Shown here piece after piece: positions 11,866 through 21,561 of a stretch of DNA of 33,587 bases. Under the pieces are notes generated by a model. It was given only the letters and a program-made list of their open reading frames with translations. It made no database searches and was not told the origin of the DNA. The translations under genes and the position numbers were made by a program. How positions within the stretch are numbered: position 1 is the stretch's first letter; each line of letters opens with the position of its first letter. The stretch is from contig NMRA01000104.1 of the NCBI GenBank assembly GCA_002633005.1, positions 966,067 to 999,653 on the forward strand, read 5' to 3'. This DNA is from Phoronis australis. Lineage: Eukaryota; Animalia; Phoronida.

Positions 11866-12056
11866 CTTGCTGGTCACAGTCTTTCGTGACGCAACACAAC
11901 TCTAGTACCCCTATACCCACGATACACTTTGCTGGCGATAGTCCTTCTTCACACAACGAAACGTGTAGGCAGTGCCTGACTACCCACAATTCCTCTTGCT
12001 GGTCAAAGTTACTCGTAACGCAACATGTGTAGGCAGTATCTTACTACCCAACAATG
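11866..12056. repeat. Degenerate local duplication
   Basis: cttgctggtca.agt...tcgt.acgcaaca and gtgtaggcagt..ct.actaccca each occur twice; the second copy lacks the intervening sequence. Confidence 0.6.
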
Positions 12057-12167
12057 CAATAGACGAGTCCTTAATTAACTTCCTGTTGGTTAACCTTTGC
12101 CCTTGAAAAGATCCTCTTTAGAATCTTTCACGAGATGGCTCTGTTCTATTATTTCTTCAGTACACTG

Positions 12168-13392
12168 CAGTGGCGGATCTACGGGGGGTTCAGGGGGTTT
12201 AAGCCCCCCCTCGGGCCAGGACCCAAAAATTAAAAAAAAAAAACAAAAGCGTCTCCAGCAAAACACAAACGGCTCCGCCAGCGTGTGTAAACCCCAAGTA
12301 AACGAACTTGGAAAAAATTGAGGGGGGGGGTTCACTCTGAAAATATTGTTTTTTGCATTGTGAATTGCTGAGTCTTTGTGGCTCATCGGCAAAACGCGCG
12401 GGGAATTATTGTGCGTGCGCTTCCGTCGACACTTCTGAAGTAGCCAAGCATTTTAGATGGATTCACCGCTGAAAGAGCAGTTCTATAGCTGATTTTTTTT
12501 AGTAACTAGCTTCTTTACTCTGATATATTTTGATTTGATTAGGGGAAATACTGCGGTGCCGCAACCCTCAATGATATTCAGGCGAATTGACGTGCAACGT
12601 TTTTACCTCATCTGTCATGCCGTGTAATTCTATTACACTCAACACGTTTGTAACTGGTGTATAGTAAAGTTGTCTTGCGCAATATCATACAGTGTACATG
12701 TACATGTAATATTGTGTACATGTACATAATATTTTTGAAAAAAATTCTTTTTCCGAAGAATTGCTATTGTGGCGGGCGCCGTGGTCTGGTCGCGAGTCCG
12801 TNNNNNNNNNNNNNNNNNNNNNNNNNNNNNNNNNNNNNNNNNNNNNNNNNNNNNNNNNNNNNNNNNNNNNNNNNNNNNNNNNNNNNNNNNNNNNNNNNNN
12901 NNNNNNNNNNNNNNNNNNNNNNNNNNNNNNNNNNNNNNNNNNNNNNNNNNNNNNNNNNNNNNNNNNNNNNNNNNNNNNNNNNNNNNNNNNNNNNNNNNNN
13001 NNNNNNNNNNNNNNNNNNNNNNNNNNNNNNNNNNNNNNNNNNNNNNNNNNNNNNNNNNNNNNNNNNNNNNNNNNNNNNNNNNNNNNNNNNNNNNNNNNNN
13101 NNNNNNNNNNNNNNNNNNNNNNNNNNNNNNNNNNNNNNNNNNNNNNNNNNNNNNNNNNNNNNNNNNNNNNNNNNNNNNNNNNNNNNNNNNNNNNNNNNNN
13201 NNNNNNNNNNNNNNNNNNNNNNNNNNNNNNNNNNNNNNNNNNNNNNNNNNNNNNNNNNNNNNNNNNNNNNNNNNNNNNNNNNNNNNNNNNNNNNNNNNNN
13301 NNNNNNNNNNNNNNNNNNNNNNNNNNNNNNNNNNNNNNNNNNNNNNNNNNNNNNNNNNNCCCCCCCTTACTGAAAACGTAGATCCGCCACTG
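12168..13392. mobile_element. Non-autonomous hAT-like DNA transposon spanning the assembly gap
   Basis: Perfect 16-bp TIR CAGTGGCGGATCTACG / CGTAGATCCGCCACTG, with direct repeat CACTG at 12163-12167 and 13393-13397. Confidence 0.8.
12802..13359. other. Assembly gap (558 N)
   Basis: Run of N. Confidence 1.
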
Positions 13393-14586
13393 CACTGAAG
13401 CAAATCCTATAACTTCAACTACTAAATTCCACCTGACTGTTTCTCAGTCTTCTACCCAAATTATAATAATGCACTTACTTAGCGACTGGCAAACAAAACC
13501 ACCTGATCGTATTCAATCATATCAATGTTTGTTACAATCTGATCTCTTACAGTACATAGACCCCAGAACAAAAAAGTAAACATCGTCCAAAAGTACATGT
13601 AAACATCAAAGTTGCATGTAAACAAGTTTGACCCCATGGTTTTAAAGATCTTATTAATTAAATCAGTTTTTGGCCACAGTAATATTAAAAACCGGACGAT
13701 CGCCGCACAAATAATATAGTTAATGTTCAATTCAACGTTTCGTCTTTTCATTAGACATCATCGGGATCATATTTACAACAATTTAGGACAACGAGTTCCA
13801 ACAAACAGCTCAGGTAACATCCATAAAGTGAAATGAGAGATACAGGGAACATAGTCAGTAGCTGGTCATCACCATAGTTGTAGGGTTACTGAGCTCTGCG
13901 TGTTGTTCAGAGAATCAGTGGCATGCTGGTTCTGAATGGCCAATGACTCTTTAATGTACAGTAACTCCTTATTAGCTTCTCTGCAGATAATACTAACTGA
14001 TTGTTGCTAACACAGTGCATATAATATTATATGTAACTTTTCTCTGGCTCTTTTGAGATACTAATGAGAAGACGTTAATTGCAATTGTTTGTTGAGAAAC
14101 CTAATTGCCGGTGGGCGAGTTATAACAACAGCGGTTCATTACCATCTGAATTACCACTGCATGAGTACTAAATTAGGAAGATCACGGTGTGACAATGATA
14201 GACTCTGCGTGTACTTTTTACTGGAATTGATATGGGAACTTATATGACAACAAGCCGTTTATCAAGTTTAAAAAGAATTATTTAAAACTGTAGGAGAGAT
14301 TACGTGTGGATAAGTTAATGAATTTTGCATTTGTTGACCTTTTCCGGTGCATTATGAGCCTTGATGAGGGAACATCTGTAAACTCATTGAATAGATATTG
14401 TCGTGTATGAGAACACGTCATTTCTGCTAGACTTTTCTAGTCGCGAGATAGCTACTGATGTCTACCAAGTATCTGCTTCCGAATCGCGAATGGTAACAAC
14501 AAGAACTCTGTGAAAATAGTTGAAATCTGAGTTTGGATCTTGTTTAGTTTCTGGATAAAATAATCAAATTTATCTCAAAGAAGTAA

Positions 14587-15844
14587 GGATGGCAACCTTG
14601 GGAATTAAATTTTCAAAGATTCATGTTTTTGATGGTTCCTTGTGTCGCTCTTGTCAGCGGTGAACGTCATCTATGGCCAACCTGCGCGCAGAAGGGATAT
14701 CGCGTCACCAAGCCCCAAATGGCTACACCGATCAGCGCCATCTTTAGACTCACTGGAGACATAGACACACTGCACTAAATGAAATTACGTGTTAATGAAA
14801 TACTTTAAATTTCAACCAATCTTTTTTCAACTATTGGCGACATTATTCACCGTACAAAAATTGATTTAACCATTCACATATTCTCCCAATTCTGTGACAC
14901 AAGTTACGGTAAAGGAGAAAATGGATGATCGTAAGGCCAATAATTACAAAAATTCTTCACACTGAACAAAAAATCACCTTATTGCCTTATTGAAAATTCA
15001 ATTTCAAGTTCACGCATACGCGATCTTGAGATTAAGCAGGATTTCAAGTACACGCACACCAGCATCGCGCACAGCTAGGCTGGTTACACGAGGGCGCCGT
15101 GAATGCACAGCCACACTGGTCACACGAGGGCGCTGTGAATGCAGACACAATGGTCGCACGAGGGCACTGAGAAAGACACTAGCATCATGCACATCCGGGA
15201 CTGTGAACTTACTGGTATTGATACAAAAGATGTGTGAGTTCGAGTTAACGTGAAAGAACACATGCTTCATATAGTGCCAAATTCAATGTTTAGCAAATTT
15301 TCAATGCAACTCTATTAAAATGTATTGAGATACATCCGTAAAAATCACAAAATGACATTCTCATTTTTTACTGTCCTGGGGAGTTATTTCACGTGACACA
15401 ACTTGAGACCAGAAACGAATCAAACTGGTCACAATATTTTTGAAATTACTAAAGCAAAATGAAGTAGAAATACACAGTCAGCCTTTGACATCAGTTTTTT
15501 TTATCACAGAGATGTTAAAAAATAAAATAACCGCAATCCCAAAAAATAATTATAAAACATGGCGTTTCACTTCATTAACTAAGAAGAGCATCGCAGTGTT
15601 GAAATGCGCCCACTATTGCACCGCAAACAGTACGCTTCTGTCGGTGTTTAATAGTATCAGCAATGGCCAATAAGTAGTGCAAAATACGTCAAATTCGTCC
15701 GAAAACGGGAAGGCCTTATTGACTCCCTAATAGAAACATATTTGCAAAATTTCGTGAAAATCGGTCACGAAACTCCAAAGATACCGAGGCTAACGTAAAA
15801 AGATAAAGTTGCCACTAGGAGGGGCAGCAGTAGTTGCATCCTCC
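14587..15844. mobile_element. Possible decayed TTAA-targeting (Kolobok-like) non-autonomous element
   Basis: The right end gttgcatcctcc-TTAA weakly mirrors the left GTAA-ggatggcaac. The TIR match is imperfect. Confidence 0.25.
15069..15180. repeat. Minisatellite, ~36-bp unit, three diverging copies
   Basis: gcacagctaggctggttacacgagggcgccgtgaat / gcacagccacactggtcacacgagggcgctgtgaat / gcagacacaatggtcgcacgagggcactgagaaa. Confidence 0.85.
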
Positions 15845-16211
15845 TTAAAGAAGTCTTCATTTGTGGAAATACACTTGACAAAGTACACTAAAGATCCTGC
15901 AAAGGCGATACAACCGTAGATACAAAAAATGCCATTAAGGGGCACCATAGCAGTCGGACCTATTTGAAATCAACGTCTGGCGTGATCTTCTCAGCAGGAG
16001 CACACCTGAAAATTTTCATAGCGATCTCTTGAGCGATTTGGCATACAGAGAAGCGGACAGAAAAAAAATATTTGTAATAATAAAAATGGCCACTAGTTGG
16101 CGCAGAATACGTCGAATCTGTCCAAAAATGGAAAGGTATTGTCGTCTATCTTGCTGGTAGAAGTCAAAAAAGCGCAACACTTGATTCTTGTTACAGGGAA
16201 CAAAACTTCGT

Positions 16212-16364
16212 CAGTGGCGGACTTCGAGGGGCGGGGAAAATGGANCCCCCCTAAAATTCTCCCAGATTCCATTTGCCAGTTCGGGAGTGCGCATGCCTGA
16301 CGGGCAAAATCCTGGCTAATACTCTGTCCTGGCCCCGCAACTCAAAATCCTGGATCGGCCCCTG
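16212..16364 (+). mobile_element. 153-bp hAT-like MITE, copy 1
   Basis: Termini CAGTGGCGG and CGGCCCCTG; internal sequence is homologous to 24192-24348 in inverse orientation. Confidence 0.85.
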
Positions 16365-17304
16365 TTCTCACGAATTTTAGTACCAAACGCAGCCTGTTGT
16401 GCAGCCCTAGCACTGATATTGGAGATTGTCAATAAAGTAATAACTGGAGTAAAAGAATTGTTTCTATGTTTTATGCAGTGAGGAACTGTGTTACTAGATA
16501 GAGTTGAACATATATAATGCTGTAGGTGAATGAAGTGCACGTTTTCTAGAGCGTGCAAAGGCTGCTATTTGAAATGTGGCTGGCGTCGGGTTCCCCCTGG
16601 AGGGACATTATCGATTTTATGACAGAAAAATGCATTTCTGGGAATATTGTTGAACGGCGTAGACTTCTTGAAGTTATTAGCTTTGACCAGAACTATAGAA
16701 CGGCTAAATTCGTTGTATTTTTGTGATATTATTTCATACTAATTTGATACACTGAGATCGCATAGTCTGTGGGAATAGTTAGTTAAGTTAGTTAAAATTC
16801 TGTCCCTGTACGCGCTTTTCAAGATGGGTAAAAAAATAGTAACTGGTTTACTGAAAAGTTTGTTGACAACAGTCTGTTACCACTTTACGACCGTGGTCGA
16901 TGAAGATGAGTGCATGACCTGATGAAAGTTCAAGGGAAAAAGAGAGCCAATAATTTTATTAGATAAAATCACGTTTATTTGGTTCCAATTATTATGTAAA
17001 GAAAATTATTATAATTATGGTACCTGATAAACAACTGTATCCTTCCTAGATATGTAACAGACAAAATAGAAACGCATAGTTTACATGGGTTCACCTTGTA
17101 TTTAAAGAATTACATATTAAGCACGTACACCTCTCAGTGTAACGTTCTATATTGTTATGCATGTTCTAATTGAAGTAACCGTGAATCATCAGGCAAAACG
17201 TAACGTGTTCTCATTTTGGTTCTAAACTGACACATTTCAGACCATTGTTGAAAAGGCAAAATATTTATTATTTCCGAACTTACGCCTTGGGATTCGCTAT
17301 CAGA

Positions 17305-17397
17305 AATTGCCAGTGATACATACTAGGTTGTTCAGAGCAATTGCCAGTGATACATACTAGGTTGTTCAGTGATACATACTAGGTTGTTCAGAGCAAT
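17305..17397. repeat. Tandem duplication, 22-bp core CAGTGATACATACTAGGTTGTT x3
   Basis: Three exact copies of the core at periods of 34 and 22 bp. Confidence 0.92.
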
Positions 17398-18379
17398 GCG
17401 CTTGCGCGAATCCTTTAATCGTCGCTACTTTTGATTTCACGATGAGGGAATCGCTCTCGACTTAAATCGCTGCAAGACAAAAAATTACTGGTATACCGTA
17501 GAATTTTTGTCCCAGCAACCACATGGAGAGCTTTTGCAATTTCCACCTGCGATTTTTATTGCGAGACGAAAAGAGCTGTGTTATCTCTTTTCACGAGACG
17601 ATTTTATCCGTTGAAATATTTCTCTTTGATTTTTAACCCGCTCTTTGTCTCGTTAGTTATTCACCACGACGTGGCCAAATATTCTTTTATTCCAATCGTT
17701 ACTTCATCGTGACGACTGGAATTCGTGGATGCAGAACGCCCACGAAAACATTCAGTTTCAGCAGCCGTTGTAAGGCATAAAATGCTTTAGTTTCCACATG
17801 GTGCGATGAAGCTGTGTACACCAAGGCTGACGTAGTGCTTTACCCGTGCTTGTTTTACTCTTCAATAACCACTTTGTCAAGTATTGACGATTTCATAAGA
17901 CTGTGCTTTGAATATAACCAGTGTTGAGTAGCTAGCATTGTTCAACCAGGTCTGCAAACATTCGACATGGTTTTTTAATTCAAATTTCCCATGTAAACCC
18001 AATCTCTTAAACCATTCCTGCTATCCTTTAACCTCAGTAGATTATATGAATGACCTATATGAAAGGCGAATTAAATCCTTTCTTGTATACACAATATGTG
18101 TTGATTTGCAGTCTAAATCAAATATATACATTGCTATGTAAGGAGCAGTGCGCCATGTCCTAACGTTAAATAGGAGCCGGACTGACGCATAATTTACGAA
18201 TTGCGCATTACAAAAGGCTCCGTATGGGAACCCTGTAGTATTAATTGTACGTTGTTTTCTATAAACAACGTAGAGTATCGAATATTACTCAGCGTATTAT
18301 GAGTGTATCTATTACGGGCAGTTCGAACACTGTGTGAATAACGCTCAAGAGCAATGTATCCTGTTGAACGCATCACGCA

Positions 18380-18502
18380 ACGAACAGGGGGGCACCTGCT
18401 GAGAGAGGACTTTCTAGCTCCTGAGAGAAGAGTAACTCACCACGTCGGGGTAGAGGAAGATCATTCAGACGACGAGGACTTCCATCTTCACAAAAGTGGC
18501 GG
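18380..18502 (+). other. Candidate non-coding first exon of the innexin gene
   Basis: GC-richer block ending in donor CGG|GTAAGC at 18503, which could pair with the acceptors at 19529 or 19558. The 5' boundary is a guess. Confidence 0.4.
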
Positions 18503-19559
18503 GTAAGCAGCGAATCTACTTTAGTTTTGCAATATCCAGCGTGGAATGTATTTGATTCGGCTTGATAGCCAGTCAGCTTTCGAGACGCGTTTTTGTAGGT
18601 ACACCTTGTATATCGGACACAAATTTGTGACTACATGAAATTTCCATGAGCAAGAGTCATAAGAGCCTCAACACGCTGATTAGTCGTTGCCTCACACAAG
18701 ATTGATTAGTAACAATTTGCCATTATTTGGTATGCATATCTCGAAGAAACGACGACGGTAATTATGTGAACTTATACGCACAAACTCGCCTCCTTCGTTT
18801 TTAAAGGAATGCTGTTCTTGTTCGTAAATCGTTACAATTCTGCAGAGCCACGGGAGGCGGGGGGGAGAACTTGAAGACGACTATAAATGAATATTTAAGT
18901 TGGTCTTAAAACGGTAAAATGTTAATACATTTCATCATACTGTTATAAGAATAGTATTTCTAGTCCTTTAAAAATCGTTACTAAGAGTTGTTTGTAAGAA
19001 ACTCGCACATGTCAGACAATCTATAGGGTATACGATTTGTTATGATCGCGTACATATGAAATGTCTAACGGATACTAGAAGTACTGTACATATACTGGCA
19101 ATCATAAAAAATATTTCGGCGATTTTTGGAGTTCAAGTTTAACTCATAAACCCTAATATCTACATATGTAATGAACCGAAATATAAGTTAAGACGAATAA
19201 ATTCGGAAAATTTCTTGGGGAACCCCAAACCCCATGGAATGCCACGTCTACCATGCTTTCCCGGTTGGTAGTCAAGAATCTGCGTGCATGCCTTCGTGGA
19301 TTCCTTATAATAAAGTTCTCAGTGATGGCTGCCTTTCCGAGGTTTGCACCCTATTTATGGCGGTCATGGGGGGTCGGTACTAAATTGGCGCATTGAGGAT
19401 AAGGAGAATACGTGAGGGGGGCCGGAGGTGATGATGCCCATGGAGGTCGCAAGGTATTATTTAACTTGCCAGGTGATAGGAAGGGGGTTAAAGTTTGTGC
19501 TCTCCCCAATAATTTTTAATTTCCTACAGGCCTTTTCTACTATTGATTTTCTTTTCAGA

Positions 19560-20762
19560 ATGTCTCATGTTCTTGGCGTTTTCGCAAAAGTCGCTAAGTT
19601 CTCACTTCATTACGATGATGACTTTTTTGACCGAGTAAGCCATCGCTACACACTAGGTGTCCTCGTCATCGCCACCGTTATCGTCAGCACCAAACAATAT
19701 GTTGGCGAACCTATTAAGTGCTGGTGCCCAGCCACATTTCTCGAAAGCCAGGAAGAATATGCGAACAACGTGTGCTGGATCTCAAACACCTACTACGTAC
19801 CAGCAGACGATGACCTTCCGAGACACATTCCAGAAAGGCACGACAAAGAACTCAGCTATTACCAATGGGTTCCATTCATACTTTTAACAATGTCAGCTCT
19901 GTTTTTTCTACCTCATTTGCTATGGCGCTTCTTCTGCGGAAAAATTGGATTAGACTGTAATGGTATGGTGTGTGCTTTAAATAACGCAACGCACACAAAC
20001 CCAGAGAATCGCAATAAGATTGTAGGTTACGTCGTCCAACACATGGACAGATACTTGGAATATCAGAGAGAGTACCGCAGTGGGTGTTGTACGCGACTGC
20101 AGAACGCTTTATCTCGGAAGTGGTGCATGTTGTGGGGTAAACGTTATGGGAACCAAATAGTGACCGTTTATCTCTTCATCAAACTTGTGTACATCTGTAA
20201 CGCTGTAATACAGTTGTTCATCATGAACCTATTCCTGAGGACAGATTACTCTGTGTATGGCATTGAAGTGCTGACGAGACTCGTTAATGGGACCGACTGG
20301 AAAGAATCGCGCAGATTTCCGCGCATCACCATGTGCGATTTTGAAATTCGTCGTTTGGGAGGTTTGAACAACATACATCGCTACACTGTACAGTGCGCGC
20401 TTTCGATTAACCTGTTTAACGAAAAAATATTTCTCATTCTGTGGTTCTGGTTCGTACTTATAGCGTTTTTGTCCTGCTGGGGCATTCTTCCCTGGTTGTT
20501 GAGCCTTTTCCATCGAACTCGAAAGGACTACGTTAAAAAATACCTCAGCGTCACTGACAAGTACACGAAGAATGAGCGAGTTACTCTTAAGGCATTCATA
20601 GAAAACTATTTGCGACAAGACGGGGTTTTTGTGTTACGAATTATTAGCAAAAACACAGATGATATCGTGATAGCTGAAATTATTGTTGCGTTGTGGGATT
20701 ATTTTAGAAAACGTAAAAAGGTCAGTTCTAATGGACAGGGTAATGGCACTGCGTCAGTGTGA
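19560..20762 (+). CDS. inx: Innexin (invertebrate gap-junction/pannexin family protein), 400 aa, single coding exon
   Basis: Motifs DDDFFDRVSHRYT, KQYVGEPIKCWCP, NNVCWISNTYY, YYQWVPFIL, FPRITMCDF, QCALSINLFNEKIFLILWFW and YLRQDGVFVLR; four TM segments. The ATG lies 1 nt after the acceptor ttttcttttcag (19558). Confidence 0.97.
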   Translation: MSHVLGVFAKVAKFSLHYDDDFFDRVSHRYTLGVLVIATVIVSTKQYVGEPIKCWCPATFLESQEEYANNVCWISNTYYVPADDDLPRHIPERHDKELSYYQWVPFILLTMSALFFLPHLLWRFFCGKIGLDCNGMVCALNNATHTNPENRNKIVGYVVQHMDRYLEYQREYRSGCCTRLQNALSRKWCMLWGKRYGNQIVTVYLFIKLVYICNAVIQLFIMNLFLRTDYSVYGIEVLTRLVNGTDWKESRRFPRITMCDFEIRRLGGLNNIHRYTVQCALSINLFNEKIFLILWFWFVLIAFLSCWGILPWLLSLFHRTRKDYVKKYLSVTDKYTKNERVTLKAFIENYLRQDGVFVLRIISKNTDDIVIAEIIVALWDYFRKRKKVSSNGQGNGTASV

Positions 20763-21120
20763 GTTGTGTGATCTCATTCGTAAGCCATATTCTGCGCAGT
20801 GGGTCACTGATTTATGGAAGCAGACGACAAAAGTTGTTAGTTGTATTCTAAGTAATGGAGGTGTGGCAGTTATAGAGACACGGGTACTTTGTTAATCCCT
20901 AAATTAATCAAAATGAACATTCATGAACGGTATTAAATATCTCACCAAAGCACTAGTTTCATTATAGACATTACTGGTTCTTGTTAATGAGTATTACGAC
21001 ACTCTGTTTCTGTCCCAGTCATCTTGGGCATGTTTGCGTAGATAGTATTTTCGATCACCATCTTTATCACGGCGCGTTGCCTTGACAACAGACCAAATGT
21101 TCAAGCGCGCCATCTTTTGG

Positions 21121-21561
21121 TTAACATTCCTCTTCAATGGTGATCAGCGACCTCCACGGTTCCTTTGAAGCGGAGTGGTCAAGAAGTACACTGTTGACAT
21201 CGTTCTTAGATAATGTTCGAAATAACTTTTGGTTGTCTAAAACATTAAAAGTCAAACCGTGGCAGTTAGGTGGCTCCGGACATTCCTTGAATAAATGTGG
21301 GAGACGCAATTTAGTGAGTTCGACAGCATCTCTGTCAGCTTGTTTCCTAGCCTTCTCGATGTTATGAAAGAAAATATGAGTTTCTTTCTTTTCTATGGTT
21401 TTCTCTCTGACATTTCTTCGCATAGTATAACCCAAGAGAAAAACAACAGACAAACCATACACAAAAAGAAAAACACCAACAAACATAGCTTCATGACCAT
21501 CCGGCACCTGCATACTACTGCCACCTGACGTCACATTAGAAAGTGAAGTTGAGTTCCGCAT
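21121..21561 (-). CDS. 146-aa single-pass (type III) membrane protein with KCNE/MinK-like topology
   Basis: First in-frame ATG at 21561 (MRNSTSLSNVTS, two N-glycosylation sequons, no signal peptide). One TM segment EAMFVGVFLFVYGLSVVFLLGYTM, then basic RRNVREK and a charged tail ending LITIEEEC. Upstream acceptor ctttgttggattttcag (21702) with a CTAAT branch point. Confidence 0.75.
   Translation of the reverse strand: MRNSTSLSNVTSGGSSMQVPDGHEAMFVGVFLFVYGLSVVFLLGYTMRRNVREKTIEKKETHIFFHNIEKARKQADRDAVELTKLRLPHLFKECPEPPNCHGLTFNVLDNQKLFRTLSKNDVNSVLLDHSASKEPWRSLITIEEEC

Noticed and set aside
12639-13403. Five long ORFs of 206-254 aa
   Set aside because: Artefacts of translating the N gap.
14990-15270. 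ORFs with repeated LVTRGR peptides
   Set aside because: By-product of the 36-bp minisatellite.
17305-17397. CRISPR-like repeat
   Set aside because: No unique spacers, no cas genes and a eukaryotic context; it is a simple tandem duplication.
19428-19559. 44-aa N-terminal extension of the innexin in the ORF track
   Set aside because: It runs through a polypyrimidine tract and two acceptors. Innexins begin ~20 aa before the DD..DR motif, which matches the ATG at 19560.
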